Origin: Anaerolineae bacterium | Lineage (GTDB): Bacteria > Chloroflexota > Anaerolineae > B4-G1 | Reading direction: 5' to 3' | Assembly (NCBI GenBank): GCA_046760785.1 | Contig: JBHIET010000003.1 | Location: 451-64,450, forward strand | Length of the DNA stretch: 64,000 bases | Shown here: in pieces, positions 1-9,549 of the stretch | How the letters are laid out: each line of letters starts with the position of its first letter | Numbering within the stretch: the stretch's first letter is position 1 | Program-made: the position numbers and the translations under genes | The notes under the pieces: model-generated | Databases searched by the model: none | Told to the model about the DNA's origin: nothing | What the model saw: only the letters and a program-made list of their open reading frames with translations

Positions 1-80
1 TCACCCACTGGGTGGTCTATGACATCCCGCCCGGCACCGCCGGCCTGTCGGAGGGAGTGCTCCCGCAGCCCCAATTGTCG

Positions 81-464
81 TTAGATCATCGCCTGCGGTC
101 GCACGGCGGCCTGAATCTCGCGCATCAACTGGGGCGTGTCAATCTCTTTGAGGATATAGCGTACAGCGCCCAAACGAAGAGCCTCCATCCGCTCCTCGGC
201 GTCGGGGTAAGAGGTGAGGACGACAACGCTGGTGTAGGGGCATTCCTCGGTCAGGCGACGCAAGGCATCCAGCCCCTGCCCGTCGGCCCGCTTGATTTCT
301 AGCAGCACGACGTCGGGCCTCAATCTTACTGCATCCCGCAGGCCGGTCCTCCAGCAGCCGGTGCAGCCGACGATCTCGACCTCGGATGCCATGCACAGCC
401 GAGCCTCGAGTGCCTCTCGCACAGCGTCGTGGTCATCAATGATGAGCAGCCGCGCTGGTGTCAT
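81..464 (-). CDS. stand-alone NarL-type receiver (REC) domain protein with Glu at the phospho-acceptor position
   Basis: 127 aa. Acidic pocket LLIIDDHD is present, as are the conserved T/S (VVVLTS) and K (YILKE). Beta3 reads PDVVLLEIKRADG where canonical receivers have ..D..MP..DG. No output domain. Confidence 0.8.
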   Translation of the reverse strand: MTPARLLIIDDHDAVREALEARLCMASEVEIVGCTGCWRTGLRDAVRLRPDVVLLEIKRADGQGLDALRRLTEECPYTSVVVLTSYPDAEERMEALRLGAVRYILKEIDTPQLMREIQAAVRPQAMI

Positions 465-610
465 TTTCCCTCAACCATCCCTGCGATGCCATCAGTATAC
501 CGGAACCACCGCGGGGGGTTAGTGTCATCCTTCCCCGATTTCCTCTGACGTTTGTACCGAACCGCCGTGTGGGTTGACGATCTCCCCGCCCTGTGGTATC
601 CTCCCCAGCG

Positions 611-1672
611 ATGAGCGAAAAGGAGCACATCAAAGCGGTGGGCCTGCTTTCGGGCGGGCTCGATAGCACCCTGGCCGTCCGGGTCATGCTCGAGCAGGAA
701 GTCGAGGTCACCGCGTTGCACTTCCGCACCGGCTTCTCCTACGTCGAGCGGAACCGCCTGGTCGGGCGCGGGCCAGTCGGGGCTTCCGACGCCGAGCGGG
801 CGGCGGCGATGCTTGGGGTGAGGCTGGAGGTGATTGACGCCTCCGACGAGTACCTCCCGTTGGTGCTTCATCCCGGCTACGGCTACGGCTCGGGGATGAA
901 TCCGTGCATAGATTGCCGCATCTTCCTGCTGCGCAAGGCAAAGGCCTGGATGGAGGACTACGGTTACCACTTCGTCTTCACCGGCGAGGTAGTCGGTCAA
1001 CGTCCCAAAAGCCAGATGCGCCCCACCCTCAACACCGTCGAGCGAGAAAGCGGCCTGCGGGGTTACCTGCTCCGGCCGCTCTCGGCCAAACTTCTCAAGC
1101 CGACCGTGCCTGAACAGCGGGGCTGGGTGGATCGGGACAAACTGTACGGAATCAGCGGGAGAGGCCGCAAGGCACAGATCGCGCTGGCGGAGCAGTTCGG
1201 CATCAGCGACTACCCGCAGCCCTCCGGCGGCTGTTGCTACCTGATTGACCAGACCTATTCCCGCCGCCTGCGCAACTTCCTGGCCCACGAGGGTGCCGAA
1301 CTGCTGACCCGCGAGCGGGTGCAACTCCTGGCGGTGGGTCGGCACCTGCGCCTGCCCTCCGGGCGCAAGGTGATCGTCGGGCGTCACGAGCGGGAGAACG
1401 AATACCTGGCGACCTGCGGTGTGGAGGGCGTCCTGCTCGCGACGGTGGACCATCCCGGCCCGACGACGCTGTTGCAGCGTCCTGAGCTTGTCGAAGGGCC
1501 AAGCGAGCCTACGCAGGGGGAGATCGAACTGGCGGCGCGGATCACCGCCGGCTATTCCGATGGCAAAGGCGAACTCACTGTGCGCGTCGAAGTGCACCGC
1601 GATGAGGAACTGGTCAAGGTGCTGACGGTCGCGCCGATGGCACGGGAGGAGATAGTGGGGCTGATGGTGTAG
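611..1672 (+). CDS. PP-loop ATP pyrophosphatase, ThiI/MnmA-like tRNA sulfurtransferase family
   Basis: SGGLDS PP-loop motif near the N-terminus. NPCIDCRIF...FTGEVVGQRP resembles ThiI-type PP-loop cores. ATG at 611 preferred over the upstream GTG at 593. Confidence 0.75.
   Translation: MSEKEHIKAVGLLSGGLDSTLAVRVMLEQEVEVTALHFRTGFSYVERNRLVGRGPVGASDAERAAAMLGVRLEVIDASDEYLPLVLHPGYGYGSGMNPCIDCRIFLLRKAKAWMEDYGYHFVFTGEVVGQRPKSQMRPTLNTVERESGLRGYLLRPLSAKLLKPTVPEQRGWVDRDKLYGISGRGRKAQIALAEQFGISDYPQPSGGCCYLIDQTYSRRLRNFLAHEGAELLTRERVQLLAVGRHLRLPSGRKVIVGRHERENEYLATCGVEGVLLATVDHPGPTTLLQRPELVEGPSEPTQGEIELAARITAGYSDGKGELTVRVEVHRDEELVKVLTVAPMAREEIVGLMV
1481..1498 (+). repeat. copy a of dispersed motif CCTGAG-N4-TCGAAGGG, in frame inside the PP-loop gene
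   Basis: Sequence cctgagcttgtcgaaggg, translated PELVEG in the gene frame. Same core as the copies at 15463, 28071, 28366 and 61917. Confidence 0.6.
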
Positions 1673-1834
1673 GTTGGTGCTTTCTATTATACCCGTCCTA
1701 ATCCTATGTGACAAGGTATACCCTGCAAGTACTCGTTTTACAAATCCTTTACCTCGTGCTAAACTCCCCATAACCGGTCTGCGGTATCATCATAGCAGCG
1801 TCAAGAAACACCACACTACCCCAAAATCGAGAGA

Positions 1835-3886
1835 ATGAAGATGGTTCGCCGCTACTCGCCCGACGCCCTGATCGCCTGTCTTATCTTCGCCACCTGTCTG
1901 GTGGTATACAACAGTACGTTGACCCCCAGTCTCTCCTACGTCAGCCCCGACGGCAACGAACTGGCGACGGTCCCTTACGTCCTGGGTCTGGCGCACTCGA
2001 CCGGTTACCCTCTCTACACCTGGCTGGGCAAACTGTTCACCTTCGTTCCCATCGGCGATGTGGCCCACCGTGTGAACCTGATGAGCGGTACGCTCGGCGC
2101 TGCCGGTGTCGCGCTGTTTTACCTCATCCTCCGTACACTGACCTCGGACTTCGAACATCGGACGAATGCGACTGCTTCCTACACCTCCTCTACATTCGGG
2201 GCTTTGCTCTTCGCCTTCTCTCTAACTTTTTGGTCCCAGACCGGCATCGCCGAGGTCTACGCACCCAACGTCTTCATGCTCACACTGACGATGCTCGTGC
2301 TTCTCTGGTGGGCACGGGTCGAGGAACAGGGGAGAGCTAGCCGCCCAGACGGTCAACCGTGGTGGTGCCTTTTTCTGCCTTCGTGGAAGTCGCTGCTGTT
2401 GCTCTTCGCGTTTGGCCTGTGCTTCAGCCTCAGTCTCGGTACCCACATGTCGGACCTGGGCTTTGCGCCGGCGTTCGCGCTCTTCATCCTGCTGGTCAGT
2501 TGGCGCACCGCGCTCAGCCCGATCAGCCTGGCCAGCGCAGGAAGCGGCTTCTTCCTCGGATTGCTCCAGTTCCTGTGGCTGCCCTACAAGGCCAGCACCC
2601 TCACCGACCGCATGATGCGCGCCAACGCGCCCAACACCCTGCGCGGCATGTACGCCTACACGCTGGGAGCATTCCCCCAGTTCAAGTTCGCCTTTCCCCT
2701 CATCGCTATCCCCGACCGCATCGTAATTTACCTGGACCTCCTGCGCCAGCAGTTCGGCTTGTGGGGCATCGGGCTAGGCACGCTGGGGATGTGGGCGCTG
2801 CTGGTGCGCAGACCCAAACGCTTCTTCCTCATCGTGGGGATGTACCTCGTCCACGTCTGGTTTTTCATCCAGTACAAGGCCTTCGACCTGGACGTCTTTT
2901 TCATCCCAGCGCACCTGCTCTATGCCACCTTCATCGGTTTCGGCGTCTACTGGCTGATTGAGATGCTGTTCGGGTTGGTGGGGGAACGGCGGAGATGGCG
3001 TGTACTGCTCACGGCGATGCTCCTCGTGGTGCTGGCGCTGCCGGTCGGGGGCGAACTGCGAGCCAACTGGGAGGCCAACGACTACTCCCACGATACCGCC
3101 ATCAACGACTTCTACGAGAACGTCTTTGCACTTCTCCCGAAAGGAGCAGCGCTCCTGGGTCGCAGCGGCGTCTTCGGCTATGACATGTTCTACTACCGGC
3201 TGGTCTACGACGTGCGGCCCGACGTGGCAATGCCCCACCTCCCCAGTGCCAATCCCCGCCCCGAGGCCCTGGCTGGCCGCGAGGTCTATACCACCATGCA
3301 ACTCGGCAGCCGCAAGGCGGGACGTGGTCCCTGGGCGTTGCCCCCCGACCTCGTCAAGTCCGACGCCTGGCAAGTGCCGGTGCTTTTCGGCAATCCGGGT
3401 CAGTCGGGCTCCGGCCACGGTCTCCATTCGCTCGTCCTCTACCACATCACCGCTGACCCGCCCGGACTCGTCGTCGCCGACGCTGATCCCCAGGTTGAGG
3501 TAGGACAGGAGGCAGCAGGATGGGTATTGGTGGGATACGACCTGGAGACCCGCGAGGTGAGAGCCGGCGAGACCCTGCACCTGACACTCTACTGGAGGGC
3601 CGCCGGGGCATCACAACGGGTATTGATGAGCGCCATGCTGAATAACACCCCGCTCGAAAGCCACGAGCCAGGAATGGGGAACCTGCAGCGCTACATCCAG
3701 GAACTCCACCCACCCCGCGATAGCGCGCTGGTCGAGGACTACCGGGTAGTCGTGCCGCGTACCACAGAGGTGGGCACCGCCACACTGGCGATAGGCATCA
3801 GCTCCCCCTTCCACCTGCCCAACGGCGGGAGCGGGTGGGGGACGGTGCTGGACCTGGGTGAGATCACCATTCTGCCAACGGAGTGA
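1835..3886 (+). CDS. DUF2723-type polytopic membrane protein (glycosyltransferase-like)
   Basis: 683 aa with many hydrophobic segments. The N-terminal motif HSTGYPLYTWLGKLF is, from memory, typical of DUF2723/TMEM260-like proteins. ATG start. Confidence 0.7.
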   Translation: MKMVRRYSPDALIACLIFATCLVVYNSTLTPSLSYVSPDGNELATVPYVLGLAHSTGYPLYTWLGKLFTFVPIGDVAHRVNLMSGTLGAAGVALFYLILRTLTSDFEHRTNATASYTSSTFGALLFAFSLTFWSQTGIAEVYAPNVFMLTLTMLVLLWWARVEEQGRASRPDGQPWWCLFLPSWKSLLLLFAFGLCFSLSLGTHMSDLGFAPAFALFILLVSWRTALSPISLASAGSGFFLGLLQFLWLPYKASTLTDRMMRANAPNTLRGMYAYTLGAFPQFKFAFPLIAIPDRIVIYLDLLRQQFGLWGIGLGTLGMWALLVRRPKRFFLIVGMYLVHVWFFIQYKAFDLDVFFIPAHLLYATFIGFGVYWLIEMLFGLVGERRRWRVLLTAMLLVVLALPVGGELRANWEANDYSHDTAINDFYENVFALLPKGAALLGRSGVFGYDMFYYRLVYDVRPDVAMPHLPSANPRPEALAGREVYTTMQLGSRKAGRGPWALPPDLVKSDAWQVPVLFGNPGQSGSGHGLHSLVLYHITADPPGLVVADADPQVEVGQEAAGWVLVGYDLETREVRAGETLHLTLYWRAAGASQRVLMSAMLNNTPLESHEPGMGNLQRYIQELHPPRDSALVEDYRVVVPRTTEVGTATLAIGISSPFHLPNGGSGWGTVLDLGEITILPTE

Positions 3887-3890
3887 GGAT

Positions 3891-4418
3891 ATGAGGACAG
3901 GACACAAATTACTGGTTGCCGCAGGTGCGGTTGTCATCGTGGGCATGCTGCTCATCGCCACCTTCGCCCTGGGGGTTTACGTGGGAGAGCACGGCTGGAC
4001 GCGAGCCGGGCTTGTTCTACAGGGGCCGGGTGGTGGCCCGGTGCAACCCCCGCCTGGTGACGCCGGCGCGTCGTCACCCCCTGGTGCGGGACTCCCCCAA
4101 CCGGGAGGGACACCGCTCCCTGGCGGCGGTCGCCGACCAGACCTGGTAGGCCGCATCAGGGCTGTCTTCGAAGGCACGCTGGTGCTGGCAACACCTGATG
4201 GTCCGCGCACCGTCGAACTGGACGAGCACACGCGGGTCGAGACGGCTGAGGGGGACACCCACCCGCTGAACAACCTGGAGCGTGGTCAACACGTGGCCGT
4301 CTTCGGTCGCCGTAGTGGTGACGGGCAGGTGCTAGTCGCGGAACTACTCGTGCTGCTGCCATCCACCGAGGGACTGCCTGCCGTTCCGCCTGGACAGGCT
4401 CCTCCTAATCAGCCGTAG
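3891..4418 (+). CDS. membrane-anchored hypothetical protein with Pro/Gly-rich linker and small beta-rich C-terminal domain (DUF5666-like?)
   Basis: ATG at 3891 preceded by ggag/gagga, 5 nt after the upstream stop. One N-terminal TM (LLVAAGAVVIVGMLLIATFALGV). No catalytic motif. Confidence 0.55.
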   Translation: MRTGHKLLVAAGAVVIVGMLLIATFALGVYVGEHGWTRAGLVLQGPGGGPVQPPPGDAGASSPPGAGLPQPGGTPLPGGGRRPDLVGRIRAVFEGTLVLATPDGPRTVELDEHTRVETAEGDTHPLNNLERGQHVAVFGRRSGDGQVLVAELLVLLPSTEGLPAVPPGQAPPNQP

Positions 4419-4500
4419 CCATTCCACACGAGAGGCTGGGGCCGACCACAACAACGCCCAGAGCAACGAGGCAGCCCATGATGGACTCGCTCGCTGGCAT
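4405..4500 (-). CDS. candidate unannotated small membrane peptide (31 aa)
   Basis: Hand translation gives MPASESIMGCLVALGVVVVGPSLSCGMATAD. GGGAGG lies 8 nt upstream of the ATG, 35 nt downstream of the SDR stop. Hydrophobic core. Too short for the ORF track. Confidence 0.3.
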   Translation of the reverse strand: MPASESIMGCLVALGVVVVGPSLSCGMATAD

Positions 4501-4535
4501 AGCATAAACCTCCCTACACATCTGTTGACGTGACA

Positions 4536-5300
4536 TCATCCAGCCAGCCCGCCGCCATCCACCACCAGCGTCGTGCCGGTGACGAAAGAGGAAGCGTCAC
4601 TGGCGAGGTAGAGCACCGCCTGGGCGATGTCCTCCGGCCTGCCGATGCGCTGCAACGGACGGTCTGCGGCTTCCGCCAGGAACTCCTCCTCCGACGCGCC
4701 GAGCTGGTGTGCTTCGTCCCGCAGCATCCCCGTGTCGGTGTCGCCGGGGCAGACGCAGTTGACACGGATGTTCTGCGCGCCGTGGTCGAGCGCCATGGCC
4801 CGGGTCATGTTCACCACGGCCCCCTTCGAGGCGCAGTACGAAACCGCTCTGTGCCCGCCGACCAACCCCCAGCCCGACCCTGTGTTGATGATCACCCCGC
4901 CGCCAGCCTGGGCCATAACGGGAATGGCGTACTTGCTGAGCAGGAAGATGGATTTGACGTTGACCGCCATCACCCGGTCCCATTCTTCTTCGGTTGTATC
5001 TATCACTGTGGCCCGTCGGATAATACCCGCGTTGTTGAAGAGGATGTCGAGGCCGCCTAAGTCGTCCACTGTAAACTGCACGGCGCGTCTACAGTCCATC
5101 GCCTGGCTCACGTCGCAGAGCACAAAGATGGCTCGCCCGCCCTCCTTCCTGATCTGCCGGACCACGTCTTCTCCGCCAACCTCGTCCAGGTCCACCACTG
5201 CCACCGCCGCGCCTTCGTGGGCGAAAAGCAGCGCCGTCGCCCGCCCGATGCCTGACGCTCCACCGGTGATGAGTGCTCGTTTGCCTGTCAGACTGCCCAT
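4536..5300 (-). CDS. short-chain dehydrogenase/reductase (SDR) family oxidoreductase
   Basis: TGGASGIGRA Rossmann motif, NNAG, and the catalytic YCASKGAV (YxxxK). Internal ATG at 5300 gives a typical 254-aa SDR. Confidence 0.9.
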   Translation of the reverse strand: MGSLTGKRALITGGASGIGRATALLFAHEGAAVAVVDLDEVGGEDVVRQIRKEGGRAIFVLCDVSQAMDCRRAVQFTVDDLGGLDILFNNAGIIRRATVIDTTEEEWDRVMAVNVKSIFLLSKYAIPVMAQAGGGVIINTGSGWGLVGGHRAVSYCASKGAVVNMTRAMALDHGAQNIRVNCVCPGDTDTGMLRDEAHQLGASEEEFLAEAADRPLQRIGRPEDIAQAVLYLASDASSFVTGTTLVVDGGGLAG

Positions 5301-5313
5301 GATTTCCCCCATC

Positions 5314-6432
5314 CTAGCACGCCACCCTGTAGACAATTTGCTCATTGTAGCCGGTCACCACCCTGATGTGACCGCTGAGCATCTCGTCTATTGCCCGATC
5401 ACCGCTGTCTACCCAGAGAGGTCGTCCGTGCAGCGAATGGATCTTGCCGATGGTGCTCACGACGATGATGTTCTCCCGGCCCACTTTTTCGATCACTTTG
5501 GGGCTGATCTGCTGATTGCCCCGGCCAAAGATGTATCCCTGGCCGCCGATGGGCGTGACGACGATCCTGGCCCTGCGCCCTTCCAAAAGCTTCAGCAGTT
5601 GGGACTCGTTCACGTCGGCAGCGACGAGTTTCCCTTCGGCGACCACATCCACACCGATTAACGTCTTCCCCAAGCCCAACCTGGTTGTGATCGCCCGGGT
5701 CGTCGTCCCCGGTCCAATGATGTACAACCAGCCATCCTCCATCTTGCTCACGACATCGGCGGCGATTGCCGCCATCGCTGCATATTCTCCAGGGCTGCTT
5801 GGCGTCTTTAGGCTCTGAACCAGCCTTCTCTCGAACGGAATCTTGAGATAGCCGCACAGCCTAGCCGAAACGATGCCCTGCCGAAAGGCTTCCTCGTCAA
5901 TATCCATCACCTCGGCCTCTCGTAGACCGGACACCCTGCCCCGCAGGTACGACGCGGCGAGGTCGCCCGCGCTTCTCGGGTTCGCTCCGAAGACCGCCGA
6001 ATGAATCTTGACCCCCGCCGGGATGCCCAGCGCCGGAAGCTCCCCTCCGACGGCATTGCAGACGTCCCTGGCCGTGCCATCCCCCCCGGCAAAAAGCAGG
6101 AGAGCCACGCCCAGTTGCAGCATGTCCCTGGCGGCGTTGATCGTATCTTCCGGCGTCGTCTTACCCGGTCTGATAGAGCCGATGACCATAGGCCTGAACC
6201 CACGTACCCTGACGGCGTCTTCTCCCATCTCGCCGGGATAGGTGATGATCTCAAGCCCATCTACAAGCTTGAGCCTCTCCAAAGCCTGGATCGCCCGGTC
6301 CTGCGATTGTGGCACAGCGCCCAGCTTCAGCGCCTTCTTCTGTATCTCTGCGCCGTCGCTGCCCTTAAGACCGACCCGCCCGCCGAGACCAGCCACAGGG
6401 TTGACGATCAGGCCCAGTTTGCCGTTTTCCAC
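5314..6432 (-). CDS. ATP-NAD kinase family protein (COG3199-like)
   Basis: N-terminal LGLIVNPVAGLGG and the GGDGT motif (LLLFAGGDGTARD). GTG start with AGGAGG upstream. Confidence 0.75.
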   Translation of the reverse strand: MENGKLGLIVNPVAGLGGRVGLKGSDGAEIQKKALKLGAVPQSQDRAIQALERLKLVDGLEIITYPGEMGEDAVRVRGFRPMVIGSIRPGKTTPEDTINAARDMLQLGVALLLFAGGDGTARDVCNAVGGELPALGIPAGVKIHSAVFGANPRSAGDLAASYLRGRVSGLREAEVMDIDEEAFRQGIVSARLCGYLKIPFERRLVQSLKTPSSPGEYAAMAAIAADVVSKMEDGWLYIIGPGTTTRAITTRLGLGKTLIGVDVVAEGKLVAADVNESQLLKLLEGRRARIVVTPIGGQGYIFGRGNQQISPKVIEKVGRENIIVVSTIGKIHSLHGRPLWVDSGDRAIDEMLSGHIRVVTGYNEQIVYRVAC

Positions 6433-6439
6433 TTGTTAT

Positions 6440-8008
6440 TTACCTCCTGCCCATCTTCCTCCGGTAAGCCCGCCACGTCATCGCCCACTGCGCCGGATCG
6501 TCCAGGGGGGAGTGGTCAATCGTGTGGATGGTGCTGTTATGCGGCGCGGTCTTGACCAACTCGGAGTTCGTGCGCGCTTCTTCTGCCACGTGCGCCATAA
6601 TCGCCACGTACTCGTCCAGGTCATCCCTGGAGGGTGTCTCCGTCGGCTCGAGTGTGCACGGCTCCGGCACGACGAACGGGTGATGGCTGGTCCAGTAATG
6701 GACGCCAAAGTCCGCCGCGCGGATGCCAAGCTCCTCCGAGTGGACACCCGTCTCCTGCGCCAGCTCCTCCCAGCTATAGCGAACCTGCTCGATGCGGCGC
6801 TTGCCCTCGGCATACGGCGCGCTACAGCCGGGGATCCCGAGCATCTTGTGGAGCAGATAGTTGTTGTTGAGCACGGCGATCTCGGCCACCTCGCGCAAGC
6901 CCTCCGCGCCCAGGCTCATCAGCCAGGCATAGGCCCGCAGCACGACCGGGATGTACCCGTAGAACGGGCGCAGCTTGCCCACGCTATCGGGCCGGTCGTA
7001 GTCCAGGTAATACCTCTCGCCGTCGAACTCGACCGTGGGAACCGGCAGGAAGCGGGCCAGTGCCCTGGTCACGCCGCTGGCCCCGGCCCCCGGCCCGCCG
7101 CATCCGTGCGGCGAGGAGAAGGTCTTGTGCAGGTTAAAATGGCACAGATCAAAACCGGCGTCTCGCGCCCGGGTGATCCCCAGGATGCCGTTGGCGTTCG
7201 CCTGGTCGTAGGCGCACAGCCCCCCGGCGTCGTGGACCACCCGCACAAACGCCTCGATCTGGGGGTTAAAGATGCCCGTATCTTCCGGGTTGGTGATCAT
7301 CAACCCGGCGGTCCGCTCCGAGACGGCTGCCTTTAGTGCGTCCAGATCGGGATAGCCGTCCTCGCCGGGGTACAGGGTGATGACCTTGAACCCGGCGGTC
7401 CGGGCGCAGGCCGCGTTGGAGGGATGCGAAAAGATGGTGGTGACGATCTCGTCCCGCTGCTCCGCCTCTCCGTGAGATTCGTGGTAAGCCCGGATCATCG
7501 AAGCGTTGGCATAGATCGCTGCCGACCCGGCAGCCGGTTGCAGTGAAAACCGGGCCATCCCCGAAATCTCCCTGAGCATCTGCTCAAAGCGGTACATGAT
7601 CTCCAGGATGCCCTGAACTGTCTCCTCGTCCTGCAGAGGATGTAGCTCGGTCAACTTGGGATGGCCGGCCAACCGGTCGTTGATCTTGGGGCTGTACTTC
7701 ATCGTACAGGTCCCCTGCCCGATCTCGACGTTCAGATCGGCCCCCAGATTCTCCTGCGAGAGCCGCATGTAGTGGCGCACCACCTGCGGTTGAGCAAGCT
7801 CCGGCAGCTTGGGAGGCTCCTTCCTGCGCATGCCCTCAGGCAGGGTTGCCAGGACGTCTCCTGCCTCACGACGTATTCCCTCATCAACTTGAGGGACGAG
7901 AATGCCCCGCTGTCCCTCACAACTCAGTTCAAAGATAATGGGTTCGTCCCACCTGGCCTGGTGAAACCGCCGCAGTGCAGGCCTTTGGGTGGTAATGTCC
8001 TGGCTCAT
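6440..8008 (-). CDS. gcvPB: glycine dehydrogenase (aminomethyl-transferring) subunit 2
   Basis: 522 aa with full-length family resemblance (…FNLHKTFSSPHGCGGPGAG… PLP-lysine region). Overlaps the stop of gcvPA by 4 nt. Confidence 0.92.
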   Translation of the reverse strand: MSQDITTQRPALRRFHQARWDEPIIFELSCEGQRGILVPQVDEGIRREAGDVLATLPEGMRRKEPPKLPELAQPQVVRHYMRLSQENLGADLNVEIGQGTCTMKYSPKINDRLAGHPKLTELHPLQDEETVQGILEIMYRFEQMLREISGMARFSLQPAAGSAAIYANASMIRAYHESHGEAEQRDEIVTTIFSHPSNAACARTAGFKVITLYPGEDGYPDLDALKAAVSERTAGLMITNPEDTGIFNPQIEAFVRVVHDAGGLCAYDQANANGILGITRARDAGFDLCHFNLHKTFSSPHGCGGPGAGASGVTRALARFLPVPTVEFDGERYYLDYDRPDSVGKLRPFYGYIPVVLRAYAWLMSLGAEGLREVAEIAVLNNNYLLHKMLGIPGCSAPYAEGKRRIEQVRYSWEELAQETGVHSEELGIRAADFGVHYWTSHHPFVVPEPCTLEPTETPSRDDLDEYVAIMAHVAEEARTNSELVKTAPHNSTIHTIDHSPLDDPAQWAMTWRAYRRKMGRR

Positions 8009-9405
8009 CTTCCAATCACCTCCCGCAACGCATCCGCCAGCCTGTCTATGTCGTCTCTGGCGTGAATTTCGGTCACGCAGTAGAGGGCGCTGTGGCCCAG
8101 TTCGGGAAACTCTTGAGTCAAATCCTTGCCGCCAAAGATTTCTCGTGCCAGGAGTGCCTCGTTGATCTCGGCCACCGTCTTACCCGTGCCGTCGAAATTG
8201 ACGACAAATTCCTGGAAATGGGGGGCCTGAAAAAAGGGCGCGCTCACACCCCCAATCCCGTCCAGTTTCAACATCGCGTAGCGTGCGCGCGCCATGATGC
8301 TCTCCCCGATCTCGGCCAGCCCCTGCGGCCCCATCAGCGCCAGGTACACCCCCGCCGTGATGCCCCACAGCGCGGCCGCCGTGCCCACCCACTCCTTCCC
8401 CTCCTCCCGCACGGCAAAGGAGGTACGCTCGTAGGCCACGTCGCCAAAGCCGTACTCTCCGGGGACGCGGGTCGGCGCGAGGCCAAACAGCCGGGAGGGA
8501 TATTCCATCACGTACTCCTCTTCATCCCGCGTGGCGATGTATCCCGCCTGGGCGCCGCCGAACTGCATATGCATTCCCAGCGGCTGGATGTCGCCGCAGA
8601 CGATGTCGGCGCCATAATCGGCCGGCGGGGTCAACACCCCCAGCGAGATCGGGTTGGCCCCGACGACACAGATCGCGCCGTGCTCGTGGGCGATTTGGGC
8701 GATCTCCTCCCCGTGGGTCTCGATGAAGCCCAGGTAAGATGGGTTCTCGAAATAGACAGCCGCCGTCTTCTCAGAAATCTCAGCCTTGAGTGCGTCCAGG
8801 TTCATCTGTCCCGTCGCGGCGTCGTAGTCCACCAGCTTGACCTCAACGTTGGGTTTGCAATAGTCCCTGATCTTGGACAGTAGAGCGGTGTTGATGATCC
8901 TGGCGAGCAGCACTGCGCGCCTCCCCGTCAAACGGCAGGCCATGCGGAGCGATGTGGCGGTGGCCTGGAAGCCGTCGTAGGTCGGGACGTTGACCACATC
9001 CATGTTCAGGAGCTCGCCCATCATGCTGGCGTACTCAAAGAGCGCCTGGAACCGGCCGTGGTCGTCGTAGGGTTCGCCTGCGTAGGCGGTCAGGAACTCG
9101 CCGCGCCGGTTGATCTCGTCGCACACGGCCGGCACGTGATGCTGGTAGCATCCGGCTCCCAGGAAGCTGAGGTACTCATCGGCGGTTTTGTTCTTCGCCA
9201 GAATGCCCTCCACGTGCCGCTTCAGAGCATACTCGGACAAGAGAGGCTCAGGCAAGTTCATCCTTCGCCTGAGCCTGAGATTCTCAGGAACGTCCTCGTA
9301 AAAGTCCTCTGTACTTTCCGCCCCAACCTCTTCCAGCATCCGCTTTTTCACTGCGGGCACGGAATTGGGGATATAGGGATAAACAGTCGTTCGTTCTTCG
9401 CTCAT
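8005..9405 (-). CDS. gcvPA: glycine dehydrogenase (aminomethyl-transferring) subunit 1
   Basis: Typical N-terminus YPYIPNS…MLEEVG and family-wide similarity. ATG at 9405 with GGAGGA upstream is preferred over the GTG at 9420. Confidence 0.9.
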   Translation of the reverse strand: MSEERTTVYPYIPNSVPAVKKRMLEEVGAESTEDFYEDVPENLRLRRRMNLPEPLLSEYALKRHVEGILAKNKTADEYLSFLGAGCYQHHVPAVCDEINRRGEFLTAYAGEPYDDHGRFQALFEYASMMGELLNMDVVNVPTYDGFQATATSLRMACRLTGRRAVLLARIINTALLSKIRDYCKPNVEVKLVDYDAATGQMNLDALKAEISEKTAAVYFENPSYLGFIETHGEEIAQIAHEHGAICVVGANPISLGVLTPPADYGADIVCGDIQPLGMHMQFGGAQAGYIATRDEEEYVMEYPSRLFGLAPTRVPGEYGFGDVAYERTSFAVREEGKEWVGTAAALWGITAGVYLALMGPQGLAEIGESIMARARYAMLKLDGIGGVSAPFFQAPHFQEFVVNFDGTGKTVAEINEALLAREIFGGKDLTQEFPELGHSALYCVTEIHARDDIDRLADALREVIGR

Positions 9406-9482
9406 GCTTCGTTCCTCCACTGATTTTGTCTTGGTCCACGGGGCTTTCCTGCGGACCGATATTGTACCACAAACTCGCCCCC

Positions 9483-9521
9483 AAAAGAAACGGCGAGCGA
9501 ATCGGTTCCAATCCGCTCGCC
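9483..9521 (-). terminator. intrinsic terminator after the efflux operon
   Basis: Minus-strand RNA GGCGAGCG-N14-CGCUCGCC followed by GUUUCUUUU, about 30 nt after the permease stop. Confidence 0.6.
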
Positions 9522-9549
9522 GCGAGGAGAAATACCGCTCAGCATCCAG

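Noticed and set aside
1-302. ORF 12-302 (+), and a possible minus-strand gene start in 1-80
   Set aside because: The plus ORF is antisense to the receiver gene and has shadow composition. The first 80 nt offer only a TTG with no RBS and run off the window, so there is not enough evidence to call anything.
461-1771. 436-aa minus-strand ORF covering the whole PP-loop gene
   Set aside because: It lies antisense to a gene with a clear SGGLDS PP-loop motif. Its translation is Arg/Pro/Gly/His-rich with no motif. This is the typical shadow ORF of GC-rich DNA.
6242-7336. 364-aa plus-strand ORF opposite gcvPB. Similar long antisense ORFs occur at 10848-11753, 21020-21820, 23644-24441, 46789-47964, 50493-51503 and 62550-63461.
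   Set aside because: Each overlaps a gene with strong family motifs on the other strand and has shadow-ORF composition.
9406-9549. Glycine riboswitch upstream of gcvPA
   Set aside because: The spacer holds a terminator for the upstream operon, a promoter-like TACAAT and only about 55 nt of leader. I could not find the conserved glycine-aptamer core, and the leader is too short for even a single aptamer.
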